A stretch of 63,711 bases of DNA, the filler included, from Collodictyon triciliatum (lineage: Eukaryota): NCBI GenBank assembly GCA_043381765.1. It is 8 parts of 8 records of this genome, joined end to end, with 100 filler letters (N's around TTAATTAATTAA, not from the genome) between each part and the next. Parts side by side here need not be neighbours in the genome. Positions count along the whole stretch, not along the records: positions 43,549 to 52,865 come from JBHJMP010003072.1; positions 52,966 to 62,278 come from JBHJMP010003073.1; 6 more parts are not named here. One strand, 5' to 3'. Under the pieces are notes generated by a model. It was given only the letters and a program-made list of their open reading frames with translations, had not been told where the DNA came from and searched no databases. This document shows positions 47,001-58,055 of this stretch, piece by piece. Each line of letters opens with the position of its first letter. Position 1 is the first letter of the stretch. A program made the position numbers and the translations under genes.

Positions 47001-50000
47001 GTAACATTTGCGTCCATTCCAAGTATTCAAATTTTATTGGTTCGCTGTTGAAATAGCAATTTATTTAATTATTATCATTTTTAGAGACGAAAAGTTTGTC
47101 TTCATCATCGACGCCATCAATCAAATCTATCAATCGCAAGGAACTCCAGCCCCGCATCTACTGAGCTGGTTGCCAAAAGAAACACCAGCAAATGTAGCCA
47201 TGGTTGTTTCTACCATTGATACTCATGAATCTTGCACGGTATTTATTGCAAAAATTCTATTTGTTCATCCTGTAATTGTGAATGATTTAGGCGGGATTCA
47301 ATAAAAAAAAATTTTTTTATCAATTACAAGTCTGCCGAAAAAAGTGGGTTGCAGCTGATTCCTGTCGCCAAGTTGACCAAGGATGAAGTTAAGGATAGTG
47401 TCAAAACATTTCTCAAACGCTATGACAAGACTCTGAACGAAAAGCAAGTTGGAATGATTTTGGCTGACTTGAAAGATACTGGTGAGACATTATTTTCAAA
47501 CATCATATATTTAGATGAATATTTTCATGGAATGGTTTAGTTTCTAATTATCTGAATTTATTATAGGCCATCCACTCTATCTTCGCATCATCTTGGATGA
47601 AGTCAGAGTCTTTGGTGTCTATGAGAAGCTTGATGATGAATTATTGTCGCTGCTTTCGACAAATGGTGTCATTGAGCTTTACACTCTCATTATCCAACGC
47701 TGGCAACTGAAGTTTGACAAGGAATGTGTGTATTGGTTTCATATTGCAAACAATAAAAAGAATCACATTTTCGACTTTTTATAAATAGCTCTTTGTTTAC
47801 GTTGCAGTTTCCTTGTCTGATGGAAAAGGGACAGATAAGGTCGACTATGTCTCCCTTTCGATGAAGGTTCTTTTTGTTTCTCGCATCGGTATGAGTGAAA
47901 GCGATTTGGACAAGTATATCAAAGATGCTGTCGGTACAGGATTTAGGCTTTCTGAATGGTTTGCTTATTTCCAAATTTATTATGCAGTTTCCCTCTTTTT
48001 TTTTCAGATATTTATCCAATTGTTTATTCAAACAGGAAATCGTTCTTTTTTACCCTCATCGAGTCGCTTTTCGTCCGCAATGGAAGGTTGATGTTATTTC
48101 TCATTTCTTATTATGTATATTTGCGCGAGCTCCATTATTTTGTTTGATAAAATTTGGATATTTTTTTTATTGTTATAGATACATGTACTTCCACCAGCTG
48201 CTTTTGGAGACCACCGAAAAAGTCTACTTCACTGAAAACCAAGAGATGGAAAATACACATAAAAAATATGGAAAATGGTTGTTTGGGCAACACTCTGAGA
48301 CAGTCGATGCGGATGAGGAACTTGTTGCTGAGATTTGCTACCAGCTTCTGAAAGGAAATTCGTTTGACTTGCTTGTCGAATACATGAAGCAAAACCATGT
48401 AATCAAAATTTATTCGCTATATCTTATTTTGAAATTTTATTGAATTATTTTTAGTCATTATTCAATGATTTTCACTCTTTTCTATACCCACAGGTAATCA
48501 TTATCATGCTCAGTGGTCGTTATCGCTATGAGTTCTTTACATGCTGGAGAGCAATCAACACTAGTGGAGCAGCAAACTACAAAGATGTCTATGGAAGTCT
48601 TGCTAAGGTAAAATAGATATGGTTTAATATTTGAAGGTTATCAGTACATTACAGCTCAAAATTGTTGCTTATAGTCATTGATAATATTTTAGTTATTTAT
48701 TCCATATTTTCCAGTCTTTGGACAAAGTAGGAGACTTGCTTGTTGAGTTTTTCTTGGAGTCTTTTGAGAATTCGTTTCTGTTGTCTGTTCTGAATGTACG
48801 TCTTGGAAAGCACCAATCAGAAGGTTTGCAAATCCCTGTATTCGGATAATTTATACCATGAAGAGAAATTTTATGTAGACATTGAGTCTAACTTTATATC
48901 AAGATTCAAAGACTGCTGATTACCTGAGTCTCGGTCGTGTCTTCAAGAACCTACAAAAGTGAAGAAACTTACATAACCAATCATATTTACCTTACCAATA
49001 CATCAATAAATGATTCTGAATCTGCAGAAGAATTATTTTCTAATATTAAAATAAAACAGCTGGGCTGAATCCATGGTGCACTATAAGAAATGCCTTGATT
49101 CAATTGAGAAAAATGAGCGAAATTCTCTGCGCATTGCCTCAATCCACGAGGAGATGGGAATCGTATATCAGCAACAAGATAGGTGAATCTTGTCGTCCAC
49201 TTCAAAATTAGATAAAGTTTACGAAAATATTTATTCTAAGTTACTATTTGCATAGAATTCATGAAGCCCTTGAGGAATACAAGATTTCACTGGACTTTAG
49301 AATCGAAAAGCTGGGCGAGAATAACTTGCAAGTCGCCCAGTCATATGACCGCTTCGGTGACATGTATATGAAACAGTCAAAGTAATACTCCAAAGATTTT
49401 AAATTTTTGACATTTATTAGGGTGTGATTAAAATGCACATTCGCAACAATGTGTAAATGCTGAATAATTTTTGTAATAGGATAGAGCAAGCTATGACTGA
49501 ATACAGAAAGGCCATGGAAATTCGCCGAAATAAACTTGGCAACGACCATCCTCTTGTCGCTATATCGTACCAGAACCAAGGTCATGTCTCTCTGGCTGAG
49601 AAAAAGTAACATATAATATGATTCAAGCTGATTTTCAATATCACCACGCATTTATTTTATGAAAAATCATCTGATTGAATCACTAAGGTTTGGAGAATCT
49701 ATTGAAAATTACGAAAAAGCCATATCAATTTTTGAAAAATCGCTGGGAGTAAACCATGCTTCTGTTGCCTCGACAATTCAGTTTATTGCGATAGTTCATC
49801 TTGCTAGTGGAAGGTTATAAAATTCATCTACAGTTTCTTTCATAAATTCTCCAGACTCAAAATTTTTTTTTAGGGAAACAGAAGCCTTGAGCTCATTAAA
49901 GCAATCGCTGGATGTTTTCATCTCTGCTCTTGGAGAAAATCATCCAAACGTTGTTTCCTGCTACGAAATGATTGGAGACACCAGCCACAATTTGAATGAG

Positions 50001-52520
50001 TAACTCTAATAATTACTCTTTTTCATCATGGTGAGTTGTCTTTTGAAAAAAAAATAATTATCTATCTATTCTATCTTAGTTTTAAGGGCGCTCTGGAGGT
50101 CTATACAAAGACACTGGATATTCGCATGAGAACACTGGGCGAAAATAATGCTGATTATGCGACTTCCCTTGAAAATGTTGGTAGAACAAACTTTGAGCTT
50201 CAAAGGTAACTTCATTTCTTTAAATGGTATTTCTGACTGAATCATTTTAAAAATCACTAATTTGAATGAATATAGATTGGACCAAGTTCTTGAATACTTC
50301 CAGAAGGCAGCTGCTATCAGGAAGAAGTCAAGAACTGTTTTGTCGCTGAAGAACACTCGTCAAATCGACAAAATTATCCGATTCATCAAGGACAAGAAAG
50401 AGTATGGAATAGCTCTTTTGCTTTACAAAACAGCAGCTGTTAGACACGGAGAGAAGTCATCTTATGAAAACTGGAGCAGTTGGGCATTATGTGAGACTGT
50501 ACACAAACACTGCAAAGAAAATAAGCAGCATAACGAAGCAGTGGCATTCTGGGCTGATATGAAAGACAGATTTGCTGATAAACTCGGATGGATTCATCCC
50601 AGAGCATTGAACTCGTGCGAATACTTGTCCTTCCATTCAAAAGAAATCGGAATCAACAAAGAGCCTGTCGAGTTTACAAGAGTCAAGGAATTCATCGATG
50701 AAACACTTGATGATTCAAAACTGGATGACAATTGGAATCATGAGCAAATAATTGTATCATTATTCAAGATTGTCTACATGTCAAAGACTGATGAAAGCAA
50801 ATCAAAGGCTGCGTCTAATGCAATCACAATTTTGAATTTCATGAATGTTTCGTTCAGTGGAATGGATTTATCAAACATCAAAATTCCACATGCAAATCTC
50901 AGTAGCTCAATCGTTGATAGTGCAAATTTTACTGGTGCCAACTTGGATGGTGTTGACCTCACGAATTCGATGCTTGGTGATTGTATTTTTGATAATTCAA
51001 ATATGAATAATATGAAATTCGGGATTCCTCATGATAAGTTAGAAGGCCATACGTGGGGTGTCAAAAGTGTTTGCAGCGTTCAAGGGCCGAATGGTGAAAA
51101 GTGGTTGGCTTCTGGAAGTAGTGATAAAACCATACGTATTTGGGATGTAATCACAGGGAACCGAATCAAAACATTAGAAGGCCATACGTGGGATGTCGAG
51201 AGTGTCTGCAGCATTCAAGGACCAAAAGGTGAAAGTTGGCTGGCTTCTGGAAGTAGTGATAAAACCATACGTATTTGGGATGTAGCCACAGGAGACCAAA
51301 TCAAAACATTAGAAGGGCACACAAGTGGTGTCAACAGTGTCTGCAGCATTCAAGGACCAAAAGGTGAAAGTTGGTTGGTTTCTGGAAGTAGTCGTGATAA
51401 AAAAACATGGATTTGGGATGTATCCACAGGAGAACAAATCAAAATATTAGAAGGGCACACAAGCAGTGTCAACAGTGTCTGTGCTATTTCAGGACCAAAT
51501 GGTGAAAATTGGCTGGCTTCTGGAAATAATGATAAAACAATATGTATTTGGGATTTAGCCTCAGAATTACAGATCCAAACATTACGAGGGCATGAATCGG
51601 TTGTTTTGAGTATTTGCAGCATCCAAGGACCGAATGGTGAAAGGTGGTTGGCTTCTGGAAGTTATGATAAAACAATATGTATTTGGGATGTAGCAACAGG
51701 GACTCAAATCCAAATTATAAAAGGTCATTATGGGGTTGTTTTGAGTGTTTGCAGCATCCAAGGACCGAATGGTGAAAGGTGGTTGGCTTCTGGAAGTAAT
51801 GATTTGATGGTGCATATTTGGGATGTAGTTACAGGAGACCAAATTCAGACATTAAAAGGGCATAAATATAACATCACTAGTACATGCAGTATCCAAGGAC
51901 CGAATGGCGAAAGCTGGTTGGTTTCTGGAAGTGGTGATACAAAAATATGCATTTGGAATGTAGCTACAGGAAACCAACTCAAAGCATTAAGAGGACACAC
52001 AAGAGAGTCCAAGGTTGTTCGAAATATTCAAGGACCGAATGGTGAAAACTGGCTGGCCTCTGAAAGTGATGATACAACTATACGTATTTGGGATGCAGCC
52101 TCAGGAAACCAAATGCATAGTCTGCAAAAGTCAGAAGTGACCTACACCCAAGGAAAATACCTTGTCAAGAAAGATAAATCAGAAGAAATCATCGCAGTAT
52201 TTAATAGAGCATGTGATGTGATGACCTTGATTGATACCAAGAGAATCCAAGACGCGAAGGCAGTCCAGATTATCGGCCCAAGAAAGTTGGAGGGTGGGAG
52301 TATTCAAATCAGAAACGTTGCAGGATTGAGTCGATTCAACAAATATCTTCTTCTTTCAATCGGTGCTGCCTCCTTTGATGCAGACTTTGTTGCATATTGT
52401 GAGCTGGGTAAGATTTCCAAGTTCCAGTCTCAAATGATTGCTGAGTGCTATGAAAATGGATGGGGTGTTGAGAAGGATGCTGAGAAAGCAGCTAAGTTGA
52501 GATGGAAAACTAAATCCTAA
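44027..52520 (+). CDS. NLR-like STAND protein: CH-like domain - DUF4062 - NACHT/NPHP3-type P-loop NTPase - TPR array - pentapeptide repeats - 8 WD40 - Sel1 repeat
   Basis: About 30 exons. CH-like: VLEWVNHQL..DDFVDGFFLAMLIEMITG..ENQRLILDWF. DUF4062: IRVFLSSTFRDMQHERD..FIDLRWG..CPYFVCSLGARYGWIP..SVTEYEI. Walker A AESGIGKSSL, Walker B FVFIIDAINQ, GHPLYLRIILDEVRVFG. Then 42-aa TPRs, NAITILN plus pentapeptides, GH...WD repeats and CYENGWGVEKD. Confidence 0.85.
51039..52121 (+). repeat. Eight tandem coding WD40 repeats of about 135 nt with high mutual similarity
   Basis: The unit LxGHxxxVxSVCSIQGPxGExWLASGSxDKTIxIWDVxTGxQIxT is repeated eight times, and the similarity is visible at DNA level. Confidence 0.95.
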
Positions 52521-52704
52521 TATGGTAGGTAATGCTAATAAATGCATATGGAGCTATATCTTTAACTTTTACTATTATTGACTAAAAGATAATACAGGTT
52601 CTTTCCATCAGACCTTACCGCCTTTTTCATGACTCTCATGAAAAAAAGAATAAACTATAAAGATGAAATCGCGTCTGCTTGATGTCTACTTTATCCTTGA
52701 GCTT

Positions 52705-52865
52705 TTTTTACTTTTTTTTTACTTTTTTTACTTTCTTTACTTTTTTTTTACTTTTACTTTTTTTACTTTTTTTACTTTTTTTACTTTTTTTACTTTTTTT
52801 ACTTTTTTTACTTTTTTTTACTTTTTTTACTTTTTTTACTTTTTTTACTTTTTTTACTTTTTTTA
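52705..52865 (+). repeat. Low-complexity (T6-7AC)n repeat at contig end
   Basis: Seen directly. Confidence 0.9.
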
Positions 52866-52965
52866 NNNNNNNNNNNNNNNNNNNNNNNNNNNNNNNNNNN
52901 NNNNNNNNNTTAATTAATTAANNNNNNNNNNNNNNNNNNNNNNNNNNNNNNNNNNNNNNNNNNNN
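52866..52965. other. Artificial contig spacer
   Basis: N44-TTAATTAATTAA-N44. Confidence 0.97.
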
Positions 52966-53382
52966 TTGTTTTTTGTTTTTTTGTTTTTTGTTTTTTGTTT
53001 TTTGTTTTTTGTTTTTTGTTTTTTGTTTTTTGTTTTTTGTTTATGTTGTTTTTGATTGTGATCAGGTCAGACGCATATCAACGAAACGGAGAACAATTCA
53101 TAACGTAAATCGTAAAACATTTAGAAGAAATCCTGAAGCATTCAGACACACAATCAGCGATATTTGATTTACAATCAAATTCAGAAAATACTACAAAAAC
53201 AGCATATATAACCACAATTTCGTTGATTTTGATAATATGCATTTATATTCCACATATTGACCAACGTTGGCCCAATGCGGATTTTTTCAGAGGCAAAGAG
53301 CTCCATCAGAACCAACCACAGATCGGCGTGTGCACAGGAAGCCAGCACAAAACCAAAGTAGGCGACGAGACGCAGCGGGAGA

Positions 53383-54371
53383 ATGCTCATATCAGTAAAG
53401 TACGGCGACAGCAAAGTCAAGTCGTTCAACGCAAACTGCCCGTCAATAGTCTTGATGGACTACATCAAGAAGGCTTGTGGATACCCAGAAGTAAGAAACA
53501 ACAAAACTACTCAAAAGAAAATAAAAGACGACGGCCGCCACGTTCTCAAAAGTAGCTTCGTTGCCTTGTCAAATCCAGTCCTTCAGAGATATTTATATAT
53601 TTACCAATATTCTTTTATTTATTCATTTAAAGCACGAATCCATTTGTGACGGAAGGTATGATAGGTTGATATTGTTGATCTCGCAGACGACGAAGGTGTG
53701 CCCAGAAGATTGTTTGAGAAACCAGAGGACTATGCAAACAACACCTTGACGGCCCATGTGGAGCACACACTTTTGAAAGTGACATGTGAGTCATTAGATT
53801 AATGGCGATAGACACAGGACACTCGGCATTTTCTTTTATGTATATATTTGTTAAGCTTTAAGTCATCATCCATCGATATAGCCTACTTTCGTTTCGTTCT
53901 TCAACATAACTTTTGTATGTTATTAATGTTATTATTATTATTATTGTTGTTGTTGATGTTGTTGTTGTGATAAAGTTTTACCTGAATATTTTAGAAAAGT
54001 TATGAATGAAAAGAAACGAAAATAAAGTAAATATATTACTCCTATACACCTTCGCTTCGCAACTACCTATGAAACCTATGTTCTCCAGACCCAGATGGCA
54101 ACATAACGCGGCCCGCTTTTCATGCGCTCTTGGAACCACCCGAACTGGCCGAGAAGTTTGTCAGTAAGTGTTCTATTCACCAACTGCATCGCCGTCAATA
54201 ACACTTCGCACTCCACTCCGCCCAAGAGGAAACATACTTATCGACAAACCATGATATCATACACACCACACGAATACTTCAACGCACGCCATAATAGTTA
54301 AGGAGAAGTCCGACCGAAAGAAGGACGCAAAGAAAGAAGTTGTACCACAAAAGCCACCTCCAAAGAAATGA
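53383..54371 (+). CDS. CXorf65/C22orf15-like small protein (Pfam Il2rg-like family)
   Basis: MLISVKYGDSKVKSFNANCPSIVLMDYIKKACGYPE / VDIVDLADDEGVPRRLFEKPEDYANNTLTAHVEHTLLKV, like the CXorf65 pattern MFIxIKHGD..N.NC....L.YI....IDL....G...YA...L. Basic tail KKDAKKEVVPQKPPPKK*. Confidence 0.7.
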
Positions 54372-54467
54372 ACTCTCCACTTTAACACTGTTGGAAATAA
54401 CACCCAACCTTTTCTTTTTTTTTTCCTCATCATCCTCACTGCTTCCTCCCTCACTCCCATATGTTTT

Positions 54468-54498
<31 letters not shown>

Positions 54499-54691
54499 CC
54501 TTTTTTTTTTTTTTTTTTTTCGTTTTTTTTTTTTTCCCTTTCTTCTTCTTTCCTACCTCGCAGTAAAACGAACCAAAAGAGAAAAAAGAAAAAGACATAT
54601 CTCCCACCTGATAAAGACACCTTTTGAACGTTAAACCACCCAGCCCGCTGATCCCACACCAAGCAGGACGCAAGCACAATCTTCCGCGCAC

Positions 54692-55989
54692 ATGGACAAG
54701 AAGCTGGAGCCGAGCCTGATCACCCAAGGCAGACTCATTGGAAGCGGGCGACGAAGCTGCGCGTTCGAAGGGCTTTTTGGGGCCCAAAAGATATGCGTCA
54801 AGCGCTTCCTTGTGAGCTGGCTCAGCGCAAGGTCGCTGGAAGTTCTGGAGCCAGTCTTTGTGGCGGTGGAGTCACTCCGCTCGAAGCATATCCTCCGGTG
54901 GCACGGCTGGTTTGAGCATGAAGGCCAGGTCCACTTTGCGGTGGAGTTTGCGCCATGCGGCAGCGTAGAAAGGAGGATTCAAGAGGAGGGCGCGTTGAGT
55001 GAGGCAATGGCAATCAGATATGCGCTCCACGGGGCGCGTGCGATGAAAGCACTCTACTCGATGAGGCCGGGCATCTGCTATCGCCACTTTAACCCGGCGC
55101 AGATGATGGTGATGGAAGACGGCTCTGTCAAGATGGATGTGTGCGGGACAGAAGTCTTTGCCAGCACAGGAGACGGCCTCGATGATGAATGTGATGCTGG
55201 AGACGGCGTCTTTAGTGGGAAGATTCAGTTCTTTGCCCCGGAACTTGTGGAGGGCGAATCAGCGCACAATGAAAAGACGGATGTCTATGCGTTTGCTGTA
55301 TCGCTGCTCTACATGCTGACTGGAGCCCTTCCGTTTCTTGAAAAGAACGTTGCGCAGTATGGCTTGGCTGTTGTGGGTGGCCAAAGGCCTCCTATCCCGC
55401 AACATATTCCGCCGCCAATCCAGACACTTCTGCAGCGTTGCTGGGGTGCAAATCCCGCCGAGAGGCCGCGTTTTGCAGACATTGTATCGATGTTGGAATC
55501 AATAGCAACGCCGCTGCCTGGTCTGTATTTATTTCATCTCGGTTCGATGACTGTGGACGTATTTCTCGTTATATATATCTTTTCCTGTTTGTGTTGATGC
55601 TGAATTATCATTGTAAATATGTTGGTGTATATTATTTAGCTGAATCCGAGACAGCAGCAACTCTCAATAGCCTTGGTCAACCATCCTTGCATTCACCAGA
55701 GCCTGCTGCATCCGAGCGTTCGGCTCCGAAGCAAATCAAGGATATGGACACCACGCAGTTGGTTGCGTGGCTTGGTCAGTGGAAAGTGGATATGTTTACG
55801 AAGCAGGTTGAGAGGCTTGGTCTGCATGGGGCAGACTTTCTTTCCTTAACAGAGGCCGATATCGACGACCTTCCTGTCAAACTGCGAATCGTCCAGCGCA
55901 AAACGGTCCTTATGCTGATACAATCTGCAAAGAACGGTGCGCAGATAGGAATAGATGACTTTGCTTCTGAAGTGAGCAAAGTGCTTTAA
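54692..55989 (+). CDS. TKL-like pseudokinase with C-terminal SAM domain
   Basis: IGSG, ICVK, VEFAPCGS, FFAPE, KTDVYAF, TGALPF, RPPIP and CW..NPAERPRF. HRD is replaced by YRH and DFG by DVCG. One intron (55521-55639), then SAM-like MDTTQLVAWL..LHGADFLSLTEADIDDL. Confidence 0.8.
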
Positions 55990-56465
55990 GTCCTACCAGA
56001 CAAATAAAAAAAAAACGAATATACAATCTTCTGAGGATAAAAAGAAAAGCATTAAAAAGAAAAAGTCGAAAAGGGCTCTTCAGATAGTTGCATGGCAAGC
56101 AGGGAAATACGACAGAGGCACTTTTGTTTTATCTACATGCTCGGGAGATTCTCTTTTTCCTGTTATCTCCCAAATCTCTTTATAGTTAGGTAGCGGAGCG
56201 AGAGATGGTATTTCATATATGTCTTTTTTTTTTAAAAAAAAAAAGATAATGATAATGATAATGATCGCCTAGTCTAGTTGAGCCGGTGATACAATTTTCA
56301 AAGGTCCCTTTCGTGTAATGTACAGCTCAAAGTCCTATAAAAAAGTTTACATGACCCAAACGTTCTTTAGAGTATGAAAGTTTCACAGCGAGTGTGATTA
56401 TCCTTCGATTGTGGTAACATGACAAATAAAAAAAAAAAGTGGTATTAAGCTCCTTTTGTTTCTTC

Positions 56466-57732
56466 TTAGGAACCAACCTCGATGCCAACATTTTGGCCCT
56501 CTGCTGTGCCGTACATCTTCAAGAAGGCATCCACATCTTGGTCCGAGTAATCAGAACCCTTATACAGCTTTGCTAATAGTCGAACAGACGGTGGCGTGAC
56601 GAGCTCTGTAAACACAGGTTTTGTGGTACTGTTTTACATAACTAACGATAGCATACCAACAAATAGCATTTGACTGGCATTGGCTTAATTAAGTACAGTG
56701 TAGACATTAGAAATTTTAAGGAAGTAATAAAAAAAATAAGCAAATATGCATTCACACCTCTTCTTGTTGGGGCCATCATAAATTGGAGGTCCCATTTCAA
56801 GCTAATTAATTCCAAAAGTTACCGTTGCATTCACCACTTTATGTTTTTTATGTAAGGTACGAATGTGAAATATGTATGGCTGTATTCATATATATTATGA
56901 ATGATAAAAAAACTAGATGTGTTTGTATGGCTCACTAGAAGAATATCTGCACTGTGACATCATTTTATGATATTGTAACGTCTTTAAATAGTAAAATTAT
57001 GTTTGGAGAAATATAGATGAGATTTAACACCATACTCCTTAAGGATGATGCTCCTTCTTTTCAACTCAATGACAAGAGCAACAAATTCGTCCTTACTCAC
57101 GGCAAGTGGCTCCTTTGTCTTGCACACTTCTTCCATTGATGCTTCTACTTGCGACTTCCACAACCCCAAACTCAGGTCTAACCCGATGGGAAGATGTAGA
57201 TATATTTGAAGAAGATAAATTAATCAAGTTAACTCAGCCAACTTTTTTTTTCGGTTTGAAATTATATTAAACTATCAAAACAAACAAACAAACAAACAAA
57301 CAAACAAACAAACAAACAAACAAACAAACAAACAAACAAACAAACAAACAAACAAACAAACAAACAAACAAATAAACAAATAAATAAATAAACAATAAAT
57401 AAATAAACAAATAAATAAATTTCAAATAGGGGCGTCACTTCGGCCAAAGGGAGGTGTTTTGAGATTCGTTGTTAAAACCTTGCTACTGCTGGAAGAGAGG
57501 AAGTGGGGCGCAATGCAATTATATGCCACTTTGATCATTGCAGCAGCAGTTTGTGAGAGCAAAGACACAAACCTTCAGCGATCTTGATGACCAACGGCAA
57601 GTGCAATACACCGTCTCCTGTCTGATCGTAGTGATCAAAGAGCGCAGCCACTCCGCGGCGTTGTTCCTCGGTCAAAGAGGCGCTGTTGGCCTCAGCCTTC
57701 CCTGCTTTTGCTGCTGCCGTTGTCGGGTTCAT
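56466..57732 (-). CDS. Small EF-hand (calmodulin/centrin-like, degenerate) protein
   Basis: LTEEQRRGVAALFDHYDQTGDGVL, VSKDEFVALV and a last exon ending VGIEVGS*; three exons. Confidence 0.65.
57278..57420 (+). repeat. (CAAA)n/(TAAA)n microsatellite, intronic
   Basis: Seen directly. Confidence 0.95.
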
Positions 57733-58055
57733 CGATCGGACTCCTACAGAAAAGAAAACAGAACAAAACAGAAGAAAGAGGGAGGTGAATACTGCGCTAC
57801 GATGACTTCCCTTTTTCACTGGAAGACCTTTTTTTTCTCTTCTTCCTTAGATACTTTGTTCCTTTCTATTATTTCTTGTTTTTGTATTTCCTTTGAAATC
57901 GCAACAGTGACTTTCGTAACGGAATAGCAGAGTCTGGGGAGACAATAGGAAAGGGATAGGCAGGCGATACACATGGGATGCAAGAGGGGCTGCGTGTGAG
58001 AGCGAGTTTTGAGAATAAAAGGAGAGCTCATAGGAACAAGAGTGCATCAGTGGAG

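Noticed and set aside
51039-52121. CRISPR-like repeat-spacer array
   Set aside because: The 135-nt units are in-frame WD40 coding repeats with no unique spacers and no cas genes.
52705-52865. Telomere-like repeat at contig end (also 24688-24790 and 33857-33901)
   Set aside because: The units are irregular and differ between contigs, which fits ordinary low-complexity assembly breakpoints.
54298-54700. Splice fusion of the CXorf65-like gene with the pseudokinase
   Set aside because: The upstream gene has a stop at 54369-54371, and all frames from the possible acceptor at 54563 hit stops before ATG 54692.
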